DNA of 16,216 nt from Thermoproteota archaeon (GCA_032249055.1 JAVVGP010000013.1:1-16216), one strand, 5' to 3'. Numbered from the stretch's first letter, positions 1 to 8,479 are shown. The notes: generated by a model from the letters alone, not told the origin. Numbers and translations are program-made.

Positions 1-2
1 TA

Positions 3-596
3 AATCATTCCTTATGCTTAACTTTTTACATTAATGTTGAAAATGATGATGAATATAAAAAACGAATTTTCTCTGGACTAAATTATATTCCTTCGATATT
101 TAGTTTTACTACAAATATAAAAAATGAACTTGGAGAATTTTCCAGAACTTCTTTAGTAGAAGGAGTTAAATCACAATTAAAAAAAGAATTTGATATTAAT
201 TTTACTACTTCAGCATTAACTCCATATGAAAATCTTTTATTAAAATCTCACATCGAAAAGCATACAATGAGCGAATGGATATATGGATATAGAAATGTAA
301 GAAGCTTCCTATCTGGAAATGTTAAAAGTGTAACTATAAATACAAAAGAAGGATATTTAACAGTAATAGCTTCATCTAATAGAGGATTAATTATGAATAT
401 TTATATTACTGGTGATTTTTACATCTATCCTCCTGAAGCACTTAATGCGCTTGAAACTTCTTTGCAATTCGCTCCTACAGATGATAAATATATTCAAGAT
501 TGTATAGAAAGATATATAAAAGTCGGAAAGGTAAAGCTTTATGGTATAGATACTAACGATCTAGTGGAAGGAATCAAAAGAGCTGTCATTCAATAA
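3..596 (+). CDS. Lipoate-protein ligase-like protein, 5' truncated by window edge
   Basis: The frame of ORF 267..596 is open back to the window start (…NHSLCLTFYINVENDDEYKKRIFSGLNYIPSIFSFTTNIKNELG…SRTSLVEGVKSQLKKEFDINF…), then MSEWIYGYRNVRSFLSGNVKS…PPEALNALETSLQFAP, resembling LplA catalytic C-terminal part plus accessory domain. The Met at 267 is probably internal. Confidence 0.65.
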   Translation, partial: NHSLCLTFYINVENDDEYKKRIFSGLNYIPSIFSFTTNIKNELGEFSRTSLVEGVKSQLKKEFDINFTTSALTPYENLLLKSHIEKHTMSEWIYGYRNVRSFLSGNVKSVTINTKEGYLTVIASSNRGLIMNIYITGDFYIYPPEALNALETSLQFAPTDDKYIQDCIERYIKVGKVKLYGIDTNDLVEGIKRAVIQ

Positions 597-1280
597 TTTT
601 CTGGATAAATTTTTAGCAGTTTTTGTAGCTAATTCATGAGCTTTTAATAAAGGAAAAGGGTAACAGTTTCGAATACATTTAAAAAACACTTTTATACAAG
701 AATCCAAGTCAATTAAATTTCCTACGCTAATATAATAATCTTTATTACAAATTCTAATTACCTTTCCTAAAACTTCGTTTTCATATATAACATTTCCCAA
801 ATTTTCACTAATCCATTTAATGTTTCCTATCAATTTCTTTTTAGCAACACCTATTGTGGGCTTTTCAATCAAATATCCTACATAGCATGCTAAACCTGCT
901 TTATAAGGATGAAGTTTCCCATTACCATCTATTAAATAAACATCAGCATGATATTTTGTTTCTTTTATTAATTTTACCATATATGGACCTTCTCTTAAAA
1001 ATAACAAGGTAGGAATATAAGGAAAATTAACTGTAGTTATTTTTACTTTTTCTTCTATTACTTTATGATTAATAACATCGTAGATTACTATTGCAGTTAC
1101 TATTTTATTAGAAAAATAAGAACAATCCAAAGCAGCTACAGTTTGGAAATCCATCAATTTTTCTTCTTTAATCTTAGATGCAATGAATGTTTGAATTTCT
1201 CTTGCTTTTTTAATGTCACATTTAAATTCTTCAATTCTTTCTTCTATATTTTCCAAATATTCATGCGAAAATTCTTTCAT
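561..1280 (-). CDS. nfi: Endonuclease V (deoxyinosine 3' endonuclease)
   Basis: Family motifs ALDCSYF, FPYIPTLLFLREGP, YLIDGNGKLHPYKAGLACYVGYLIEKPTIGVAKKKL. Confidence 0.93.
   Translation of the reverse strand: MKEFSHEYLENIEERIEEFKCDIKKAREIQTFIASKIKEEKLMDFQTVAALDCSYFSNKIVTAIVIYDVINHKVIEEKVKITTVNFPYIPTLLFLREGPYMVKLIKETKYHADVYLIDGNGKLHPYKAGLACYVGYLIEKPTIGVAKKKLIGNIKWISENLGNVIYENEVLGKVIRICNKDYYISVGNLIDLDSCIKVFFKCIRNCYPFPLLKAHELATKTAKNLSRKLLNDSSFDSFH
597..624 (+). terminator. Possible U-rich archaeal terminator for the lipoate ligase gene
   Basis: T-runs at 597-600, 610-614 and 620-624 just after the stop codon, inside the opposing endonuclease V ORF. Confidence 0.3.
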
Positions 1281-1343
1281 TTATATTTCAAAACTATTGA
1301 TTGAATAATTAATTTAAAATAGTTTGTTTTTCTTACAGTAAAT

Positions 1344-1354
1344 AGTTATATTTT
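1344..1354 (+). promoter_or_regulatory. TATA-like promoter of MBL hydrolase gene
   Basis: AGTTATATTTT centred ~27 nt upstream of ATG 1376, consistent with a leaderless archaeal transcript. Confidence 0.45.
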
Positions 1355-1375
1355 AAATAGTTTATCTTATTTGAT

Positions 1376-1993
1376 ATGGAAATCTTTAAACTTGTAGTAC
1401 CTCCTTTAGATAATAATGTATACATAGTTTATGATAAAGAAACAAAAGAAGGTTATGTAATAGATGTTGGATTAGGAGCAAACGAATTAGCTTCTTATAT
1501 AAAAACTCATAAAATAAAAATCCTAGGAATTTTGTTAACCCATGCACATATAGATCATTCTGCACATGCTTTTTTGCTAAGAAAACTAATTAATTCGAAA
1601 GTAATGATTCATTATGCAGACTATAATTTACTTAAGGAATTCTTTTCAAGGGATTATCCTTATATTGATGAAAAATTAGAATATGAAGAACCAGATTATT
1701 TGTTTAAAGATGGAGAAGAATTTAAATTTGGAAAGTATAGTTTAATTGTTATAGAAACTCCAGGTCATACACCTGGTTCTGTATGCTTTTATGAAAAAAA
1801 TGAAAAAGTATTATTTTCAGGTGATACTTTATTCGCTGGTACTTACGGAAGAGTAGATTTTCCTTATAGTGATGAAAATAAAATGATGGAAAGTTTAAGG
1901 AAACTTGCAAGATTGCCTAAGGAGGTTAAAGTTTATCCTGGTCACTATGAAGAAACTAAGATAGAGTATGAATATTGGTTACAAGAGATTTAA
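1376..1993 (+). CDS. Metallo-beta-lactamase fold hydrolase (glyoxalase II-like)
   Basis: THAHIDHSAHA, IETPGHTPGSVCFY, FSGDTLFAGTYGR, VYPGHYEET metal-binding motifs. Confidence 0.93.
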   Translation: MEIFKLVVPPLDNNVYIVYDKETKEGYVIDVGLGANELASYIKTHKIKILGILLTHAHIDHSAHAFLLRKLINSKVMIHYADYNLLKEFFSRDYPYIDEKLEYEEPDYLFKDGEEFKFGKYSLIVIETPGHTPGSVCFYEKNEKVLFSGDTLFAGTYGRVDFPYSDENKMMESLRKLARLPKEVKVYPGHYEETKIEYEYWLQEI

Positions 1994-2387
1994 GATTTCT
2001 TCCGATATAAAATAAATGAGATCTACATTTACAATCGCTACAACCGAATTTACTTACATATTTAAATTTATTGTTATAAAATATTTTTGATATATCACAT
2101 TCGTTTTTGTTTAATAATAAAATAAAACCTATTATAATTGCATTTTTATTTGTAATTAAATAATCTATATGCCAATGTTTTCTTTTTATTTTACTTAAAT
2201 ATCTTAAAATTCTTGATTTATATGTTTTCTTTGAAGATCCTATATATAAATAGTAACCTTTTTTAAAATCAATATCTCCAATTTTTCCTATTTTTGTTTT
2301 AAATTTTTTCTTAATTTTTATAATTAAAATGTATGATCCTTTTAATTTTAAAATATTATTAAAGTTATTTAAATAACCATTTTTCAT
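1956..2387 (-). CDS. GIY-YIG-like DUF123 domain protein
   Basis: GSYILIIKI…GDIDFKKGYYLYIGSS…HWHIDYLI…KFGCSDCKCRSHLFYIG, characteristic of the DUF123 family. Confidence 0.88.
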   Translation of the reverse strand: MKNGYLNNFNNILKLKGSYILIIKIKKKFKTKIGKIGDIDFKKGYYLYIGSSKKTYKSRILRYLSKIKRKHWHIDYLITNKNAIIIGFILLLNKNECDISKIFYNNKFKYVSKFGCSDCKCRSHLFYIGRNLKSLVTNIHTLS

Positions 2388-3123
2388 ATGGCATATTTAA
2401 CTTACTTGCATCTTCATCTTCGTTTGTTAATATATTTAATCCTCGAATTATTGCAACAGGTATTCCCTCATCTCCTTGTCCCATAACCAATTCAGCTGCA
2501 GAAGCCAATTCGTCAGCTATTGCAATGTTTTTAACTTGTAAAATATATCCTGCTCTATCGGCTTTTCCTCTATAGTCTTTAAAGATTTTAACTCCAGAAG
2601 CTCCTATAGCTAAGTTTATTTGTCCTTCTCTTAAAGGTCTACCATAAGTATCTGAAATTATTATGCCTACTTTTTTCCCTGTCTTTTTTTCAATTTCATT
2701 CCTTATAATTCTTGCACTTTTATCAGGATCTTCAGGCAACAAAGTAACATATTCTCCTCCTTTTACATTAGATCTATCTATACCTGCATTTGCGCAAACA
2801 ATGCCATGTTTAGTTTCAACGATCAAATGACCAGCTGTTGCTTTAACAATTCTTTTAGATTCTCTTAATACTAGCTCAACAAATCTTGGATCTTTTTGAG
2901 TAATTTTAGATAATATTATGGCTTTTTGCGAAGGTATGACATTATTTAAATTAACTATTCTTCCTTCCCATTTTGAAATTATCTTTTGGGAAATAACTAT
3001 AATATCATTATCTTGAAGTTCGATATTTTCAGATTTTATTTTATCTAAAATTATTCCTACAAGATCATCATTTTCTTTTATTTCTGGTAAACCTTCAATT
3101 CCTATAATTTCAATTTTTTTCAT
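2365..3123 (-). CDS. cofE: Coenzyme F420-0:L-glutamate ligase
   Basis: GIEGLPEIKENDDL…VISQKIISKWEGR…VLRESKRIVK…GIVCANAGIDRSNV…ISDTYGRPLREGQINLAIG…ADELASAAELVMGQGDEGIPVAIIRG. Confidence 0.96.
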   Translation of the reverse strand: MKKIEIIGIEGLPEIKENDDLVGIILDKIKSENIELQDNDIIVISQKIISKWEGRIVNLNNVIPSQKAIILSKITQKDPRFVELVLRESKRIVKATAGHLIVETKHGIVCANAGIDRSNVKGGEYVTLLPEDPDKSARIIRNEIEKKTGKKVGIIISDTYGRPLREGQINLAIGASGVKIFKDYRGKADRAGYILQVKNIAIADELASAAELVMGQGDEGIPVAIIRGLNILTNEDEDASKLNMPYEKWLFK

Positions 3124-3125
3124 TT

Positions 3126-3776
3126 TTAATTTTTTGTTATTTCTTTTATGTATTTAATGCTTTTTTTATTGATATTTAAAGTTTGAAAATATCTAAGTCT
3201 AATTATATCATCTAAATCTAAGCATATTCTTTCGTTGCTATAAATGGCTACACTATAATTATTATCTAAAGCATTTTTTAGATGTAATAAAAAACTACGT
3301 TTTCCTTCTCCAAATTCCAAACTTATTTTAACATAATTTCTTAGCATTAGAATATTTGTTCCTCCATCACAAGAAGGTCCTAATATAATTTCATAATTTT
3401 TTATAAGTTCTCTTAGGTTCTTGAAGTCTACAGGTTCTATTAATGGTAAATCTGAAGGAATTATTAAAGTTGCACCGTTTTCTTCTTTTTTCAAATGATT
3501 CAATGCAAATTCTAAAGCTTTATTTAATTCCTCTTTATTAATTAAAATTTCAATTTCTTTATATTTTTTAAATTCGCTTAAATCATCATAGCTTACTAAA
3601 TATATTTTATTTACCGATTGTGATAAAATACAACTATCTAATATATCTTCAAGCATCAATAAAGTAAGTGTTATTCGAGAATTTTCGTCTAAATATTTTA
3701 TTAATCTACTTTTGCTTTCGTTTAATTTTTTTAAGGGAATTAAAACATTAATTTTCATTTCATCATGTTTTCTCAA
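3126..3776 (-). CDS. cofC: 2-phospho-L-lactate guanylyltransferase; translation may start at the internal ATG at 3758
   Basis: VLIPLKKLNESKSRL, ATLIIPSDLPLI, ILGPSCDGGTNILML, SFGEGKRSFLLHLKNA. The likely mature start MKINVLIPLKK (Met7) would remove the overlap with the upstream gene. Confidence 0.9.
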   Translation of the reverse strand: MRKHDEMKINVLIPLKKLNESKSRLIKYLDENSRITLTLLMLEDILDSCILSQSVNKIYLVSYDDLSEFKKYKEIEILINKEELNKALEFALNHLKKEENGATLIIPSDLPLIEPVDFKNLRELIKNYEIILGPSCDGGTNILMLRNYVKISLEFGEGKRSFLLHLKNALDNNYSVAIYSNERICLDLDDIIRLRYFQTLNINKKSIKYIKEITKN

Positions 3777-4524
3777 TATTAAAGTGCTCTATTATTGTTT
3801 TTAATTTGTTTATATCTTCTATAGCTAGCCTTCCTATTGATATATAATCACTACCGCTCTTTAAAAATAAGTTAGCAGTGTCAATATCACGAATGGAATT
3901 TCCTCCTATTATTATAATATCTTTGTTTTGATTCCTTATTCTTTCTATAACGCTTATATCAGGTAAATTTAAATAAGGATGCATAGCATCTATATGAAAT
4001 ATTTTTACTCCAAAATCTTTGAATAATTTAACTAATCTAAGTTCATCAGTAACATTGGCTCTAAATTTAATAATTAAAGGAATGTTAACTTTATTTAAAT
4101 GTTTTTCCAGCCAATCTAATAATAATGCAGGATAAAGTGCAAAGTACTGTCCTCCCCCTCTAGAAATTATTTCAGGCTGTCTGCAATGGAGATTTAATTC
4201 AATAAAATCTACATATTTATTAGAGATTTCAATTGCTCTCAACAATCCTTCTTCTGTGGCAAACCTTGCATTAATTATAACAGGAGCCAAACCTCCTATA
4301 ATCTTTACCTCATTCTTAATATATTCTTCCAACATATTCATTTCTATTACGAATTCTTTTCTTCCTCTTTTAACCATTAACATAGAAGCTTCCATTGTTT
4401 CTCTATCAAAATCTATTCCTCCTAAGGTAACAGCTCCTGCACCTAATTCTGCAACCTTTCTACAGAATTTTCCATCTGTTATCCCTCCTAACGCAGCCAA
4501 TATAACCTTGTTTTTTAATCTCAT
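3763..4524 (-). CDS. FMN-dependent TIM-barrel protein, tRNA-dihydrouridine synthase-like (MJ0144-like)
   Basis: AALGGITDG, FIELNLHCRQPE, IPLIIKFRANV (KxR), FHIDA, IIIIGGNSIRDIDTANLFLKSGSDYISIGRLAI (FMN-phosphate site). Lies between cofD and cofC. Confidence 0.8.
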   Translation of the reverse strand: MRLKNKVILAALGGITDGKFCRKVAELGAGAVTLGGIDFDRETMEASMLMVKRGRKEFVIEMNMLEEYIKNEVKIIGGLAPVIINARFATEEGLLRAIEISNKYVDFIELNLHCRQPEIISRGGGQYFALYPALLLDWLEKHLNKVNIPLIIKFRANVTDELRLVKLFKDFGVKIFHIDAMHPYLNLPDISVIERIRNQNKDIIIIGGNSIRDIDTANLFLKSGSDYISIGRLAIEDINKLKTIIEHFNIEKT

Positions 4525-5447
4525 TATTTATAATAATGTTCTATGATAAATTTAGCTAATCTTATTCTATCTTCTTGGGTTTTTAATGAAATATTAGTTT
4601 TAACTAACTCCATATTTAATTTTTCAAGTCTCTCATCGTCTTCTTTTTCATCTACAATAAAAACATCTATAATATCTTCGTAAAGTTTTGCTACTTGATA
4701 TGCGCTAACCTCTAAACCTAAACTTTCCATTAATTTAGCAGCAGGGCCGCTGAAAGGTGAACCTTTAACAATAGGACTTACAGCAATTTTTTTAGCTTCA
4801 CTGCTGATTATAATGTTTCGCATTTTAGGTAAGCTTAATATTGGATTAATACTTGTAATAGGGTTGCTAGGTCCAATAATTATTAATTTAGACTTTAATA
4901 TTGCTTCTATTGCTTCATTAGGAATGCTTGCGTTTTCAATGTTTTCAAATATAACTGATTTTATTGGCATATTGCCTCTATGTAAAACCCAAAATTCTTG
5001 GAAATGTCTTTTTTTAATGCCATCAAATATGTATGTAGTAACTTTATCATTTGTCATAGGAATTATTTTGCAATCTATGTTAAGTTTTTCACATAAGAAC
5101 TTTGTAACTTCTGTTAATTTCATTCCAGATTTTAATAAATTAGTTCTTAAAACATGTATGGCTAAGTCCCTATCACCAATATGAAACCATGAATAGGTAG
5201 GAACAATTTTAGTTATCATTTCATGAAAGTTAAAAGTATCATTTTTTATTCCCCATCCTCTTTCTTCATCAAAAATTCCAGCTAAAGTATACATGACTGA
5301 GTCAACATCAGGACTTATATACAATCCGTAAATTTCTATATCATCTGCAGTATTAACAATTACATTTATTTCTTTTTGAGGGATAACTTTAGCTAAACCA
5401 TCTATTAGTTTTCTTGAACCTGTACCCCCACTTAATACGGTTAGCAA
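4524..5447 (-). CDS. cofD: 2-phospho-L-lactate transferase (TTG start)
   Basis: VLSGGTGSRKLIDGLA, YISPDVDSVMYTLAGIFDEERGWGIKNDT, FHIGDRDLAIHVLRTNLL, GPSNPITSINPIL, GSPFSGPAAKLME. The start codon reads TTG (5445-5447), and I found no nearby upstream in-frame ATG. Confidence 0.95.
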   Translation of the reverse strand: MLTVLSGGTGSRKLIDGLAKVIPQKEINVIVNTADDIEIYGLYISPDVDSVMYTLAGIFDEERGWGIKNDTFNFHEMITKIVPTYSWFHIGDRDLAIHVLRTNLLKSGMKLTEVTKFLCEKLNIDCKIIPMTNDKVTTYIFDGIKKRHFQEFWVLHRGNMPIKSVIFENIENASIPNEAIEAILKSKLIIIGPSNPITSINPILSLPKMRNIIISSEAKKIAVSPIVKGSPFSGPAAKLMESLGLEVSAYQVAKLYEDIIDVFIVDEKEDDERLEKLNMELVKTNISLKTQEDRIRLAKFIIEHYYK

Positions 5448-5460
5448 TTTCTTATTATTT

Positions 5461-5476
5461 TTATATTTTATAAACT
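5461..5476. promoter_or_regulatory. Shared bidirectional TATA region between cofD and rhomboid genes
   Basis: TTATATTTTATAAACT reads as a TATA-like element on both strands, roughly 22-28 nt from each start codon, within a 43-nt intergenic space. Confidence 0.5.
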
Positions 5477-5490
5477 TAAGAATATTAAAT

Positions 5491-6168
5491 ATGTTAAGCG
5501 TAAGAGGATTTTTAAGTAGTCATACAAATAAGCTTATTTTAGCTAATATTTTGATGTTTATTTTTATAATAGTTACGTACAATTTTATATCTGTTTATTT
5601 TGGCAAAAGACTTTATCATGCAAATTCACCTTTAGATATAATTACGGGAAGAAGCATATCTGGTCTACAATTTCTTCTTTCCCAAGTAAATTATCTCGTA
5701 ATTAACGGCTTTTTATGGCAGTTGTTAACTTCAATGTTTATTCATATAGGTATAATTCATTTAACATTTAATATGGTTGCGCTTTACATTTTTGGAAATT
5801 TGGTAGAAAATGCATATGGTAAAAGGAATTTTTTACTAATATATTTTATCTCAGGATTTTCTGGAAACATAGCTACTTTATTTCTTCTTAAATATCTTCA
5901 ACCTATGGGTGATTTTATTCCTTCTGCAGGTGCTTCAGGAGCTATTTTTGGTTTAATAGGAGCTTATGCTATGCTAGGAAGATTAAGCGGAAGTTTCGCT
6001 GCAGGATTATCTTATGCTATAATTATTTTCCTTTTTTCTTCATTATTTCCTGGTGTAAATATTTTTGCTCATCTCTTTGGTTTATTAGGAGGATTAATTG
6101 TAGCTTTTTTCTTAACTAGAAAATTAAGAAAGCATGAAGAAATTATTTACGCTATTGATTATTATTAG
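5491..6168 (+). CDS. Rhomboid family intramembrane serine protease
   Basis: Multiple hydrophobic helices, MFIHIGIIHLTFNMVALYIFG, catalytic GASGAIFGLIG and AHLFGLLGG. Confidence 0.95.
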   Translation: MLSVRGFLSSHTNKLILANILMFIFIIVTYNFISVYFGKRLYHANSPLDIITGRSISGLQFLLSQVNYLVINGFLWQLLTSMFIHIGIIHLTFNMVALYIFGNLVENAYGKRNFLLIYFISGFSGNIATLFLLKYLQPMGDFIPSAGASGAIFGLIGAYAMLGRLSGSFAAGLSYAIIIFLFSSLFPGVNIFAHLFGLLGGLIVAFFLTRKLRKHEEIIYAIDYY

Positions 6169-7084
6169 CATATTTTAAAAAAGATACCATACATTTTAAT
6201 ATAACATAAGCAGCAAATTTTGAAGAATATCCTTCATCAAGTATAGGATTTATCTCTACGATATCAATTACTTTAACGTTTTTAATTTTTAGAAGTTCAT
6301 AAAGTAAATTTATTACCTCATGAGGATATAATCCATTAAAACTTAAAGAGTTAACACCTTTTATGTAATGCGCATCAATAACATCGAAATCTATGCTTAT
6401 ATATAGTGATTTCACATCTTCAAAAAATTCTTTAATTTCTTTTACTACACTTCTTTCCCTTATTTCTTCTACGATGTAAAATCTGATTTTATCCTTTGCT
6501 TTAAGAGCGTAATATTTAGAATTGTAAAAATCCCTTATGCCTAATTGTGCTACTTTTATATTGTTAACCTTATTTATTATTTTTCTTAAGAATGAACCAC
6601 TTGTATCATAATTTTCTTTTGTTTCTCTTATATCATGATGAGCATCGAAAATCAGTAAGCCCAGCGGGCCTTCTTTAATGTATTCTTTTAATGACAAAAA
6701 ACTTGGAAATGTTATACTATGATCTCCTCCCAATAATATAGCTAATTTCGATTTTTTGTAGATTTCGTAAGTAGCATTAAATATATGATTAATAGTAAAT
6801 TCATGGTCTGTATGAGAAACATTAATATCACCAAAATCGCATATTTTAAATGAAGCTAAATCTAAATTTTCATAATACGAATATGTATTTAAACTATAAA
6901 GATATTCTCTAATGTATTTTGGTGCATATCTTGCCCCTGGTCTTCCAAAAGTTAAAGAATCGTAAGGCACGCCTAAAATTGCTACATCGCAATCTTCTCT
7001 TGATTTTCTAATTATATGTTTAATTTTTATTTCATTTTCATCTATTTTTGATATATCATATACTGGTTCAATAAATACATCCAT
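6152..7084 (-). CDS. Arginase/agmatinase family (ureohydrolase) protein
   Basis: Metal motifs LLGGDHSITFP, LLIFDAHHDIR, SIDFDVID, and VEINP near the C-terminus. Confidence 0.9.
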   Translation of the reverse strand: MDVFIEPVYDISKIDENEIKIKHIIRKSREDCDVAILGVPYDSLTFGRPGARYAPKYIREYLYSLNTYSYYENLDLASFKICDFGDINVSHTDHEFTINHIFNATYEIYKKSKLAILLGGDHSITFPSFLSLKEYIKEGPLGLLIFDAHHDIRETKENYDTSGSFLRKIINKVNNIKVAQLGIRDFYNSKYYALKAKDKIRFYIVEEIRERSVVKEIKEFFEDVKSLYISIDFDVIDAHYIKGVNSLSFNGLYPHEVINLLYELLKIKNVKVIDIVEINPILDEGYSSKFAAYVILKCMVSFLKYANNNQ

Positions 7085-7101
7085 AAAATTATTTCTTTTT
7101 G

Positions 7102-7113
7102 AAACTTATAACT
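7102..7113 (-). promoter_or_regulatory. TATA-like promoter of arginase-family gene
   Basis: Minus-strand AGTTATAAGTTT centred ~24 nt upstream of the ATG ending at 7084. Confidence 0.4.
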
Positions 7114-7128
7114 CCTAAAGCTTGAAAA

Positions 7129-7380
7129 TTAGCTTGAATCTAACTCTTTTTCCATATCTTCTTTAATTTTAATAATTTTTTCATAAAGTATATTAAGCAT
7201 TAGTTCACTTGAAAGAGGAGGCTCTACACGATCAACGTTTTCTATAAATCTATGAATATCTTCTATTTCTTTTGATACTGTTTTACCATTTTTTGATAAA
7301 ACAAGAACCAAAGTTCCTTTAGGTGTTAAATAAACTTTATCAAAACCAAATATTTCTTCTAAAAACTTTAACTCTTGCAT
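7129..7380 (-). CDS. Conserved-looking small protein of unknown function (83 aa), co-transcribed with the FrhB-like gene
   Basis: Starts 4 nt after the end of the FrhB-like ORF; acidic, charged C-terminal helix; no recognised family. Confidence 0.65.
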   Translation of the reverse strand: MQELKFLEEIFGFDKVYLTPKGTLVLVLSKNGKTVSKEIEDIHRFIENVDRVEPPLSSELMLNILYEKIIKIKEDMEKELDSS

Positions 7381-7384
7381 TATA

Positions 7385-8455
7385 TTACTGCATTAGTTTG
7401 CTAAGCTGGAAAGAATGCCCTCTAAATTTTTGTTCAATTGCTCTTTTTGCAACAAATTTAACCTTTGGTTTCTCAGTGCTTTTTACTATTTTACCCGCTC
7501 TTAAAGCACTTTCGATTAACTGTTTTCCAACTTGAGATCTAATTATTGCAAAATTCCATCCATCCGGTGCACCATTTGCACCTAAGGATATATCACTAGC
7601 TTCAGCTGTAAAATCTCTGCAAACATAACATGAGCCAAAAACAGCTTCTTCTAATTCATCAATATGAATTTTTTTCACTTCACCATTTTTCAACCTAAAT
7701 ATTACATTCCTTTTTACAAGAATGTTATTAACATCCTTAGGTTCAATGTTTAGTTTTTCCTTTGCTATTCTAAAGAATTCTTCTCTTCTCCACGTTTTTG
7801 AACAAAATAATCCTAATGTTAAAGCTACTTTTCCTTTAAATTTTGGAACTCTTTCTGTTAATTTTGCAGCTGCAGTTTGGCATCCTGTTCCTACAATAGC
7901 TATTTTATTTAATCTTAATTTATCTATAGCAGTTCTTAAAGGAGTTACCATTGGAACATGCCAATATATTGTTTGTGAATATTTCCTTAATTCTTTAGGA
8001 TCTGTTACAATTACTGCTTTAGCATACCATTCTTCATCTTTTGTAGCTACTATTGCACCGTCAATTAAGCCTATTTCAAAAGCATGTTCTAATAATGCTG
8101 TTGTAACACCGCCATCTGTTGCATTTTTCCAAAGTTCAGGCTCAGTAGCTTTATATATACCATATTCAATATAATCACCTAGAGGTTTGTCTATAGGAGC
8201 TTCGTAAGGATTTACTACAGGACACGCTAATGGGCAAAGTTGACATAAAATACATACACCTATTAATTGGGCTCCTTCAGAACTCCTTTCATCTACTTCT
8301 AATACTTGTGGCGGACATACTGCAACACAACCACCACATAAACAACATAAGTCAGGTTTTACAACAAAAGCTGCTAGATCTCCAAATGTCAATATTTTAG
8401 AAGTTGATAAATTAGGTCTATAAATATCAGGTGAACGTATTTCTACTTTTGACAT
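7385..8455 (-). CDS. Coenzyme F420 hydrogenase/dehydrogenase beta subunit family protein (FrhB/FpoF-like) with two N-terminal [4Fe-4S] motifs
   Basis: CCLCGGCVAVCP and CILCQLCPLACP (both CxxCxxCxxxC), ATDGGVTTALLEHAFEIGLIDGAIV, IAIVGTGCQTAAA, LGLFCSKTW, CYVCRDFTAEASDISLGANG. Confidence 0.92.
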   Translation of the reverse strand: MSKVEIRSPDIYRPNLSTSKILTFGDLAAFVVKPDLCCLCGGCVAVCPPQVLEVDERSSEGAQLIGVCILCQLCPLACPVVNPYEAPIDKPLGDYIEYGIYKATEPELWKNATDGGVTTALLEHAFEIGLIDGAIVATKDEEWYAKAVIVTDPKELRKYSQTIYWHVPMVTPLRTAIDKLRLNKIAIVGTGCQTAAAKLTERVPKFKGKVALTLGLFCSKTWRREEFFRIAKEKLNIEPKDVNNILVKRNVIFRLKNGEVKKIHIDELEEAVFGSCYVCRDFTAEASDISLGANGAPDGWNFAIIRSQVGKQLIESALRAGKIVKSTEKPKVKFVAKRAIEQKFRGHSFQLSKLMQ

Positions 8456-8479
8456 ACAATTTCTTCTTCTTTCAAAGAA

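Noticed and set aside
1065-1304. + strand ORF (79 aa)
   Set aside because: Antisense to endonuclease V, low-complexity F/Y-rich product, no family resemblance.
4256-4546. + strand ORF (96 aa)
   Set aside because: Antisense shadow of the DUS-like gene.
4813-5184. + strand ORF (123 aa), hydrophobic
   Set aside because: Antisense to well-supported cofD; the hydrophobic composition results from the reverse complement.
7323-7535. + strand ORF (70 aa)
   Set aside because: Antisense to the FrhB-like and 83-aa genes; no independent support.
7722-8174. + strand ORF (150 aa)
   Set aside because: Long but fully antisense to the strongly supported FrhB-like gene; product looks like a reverse-strand shadow.
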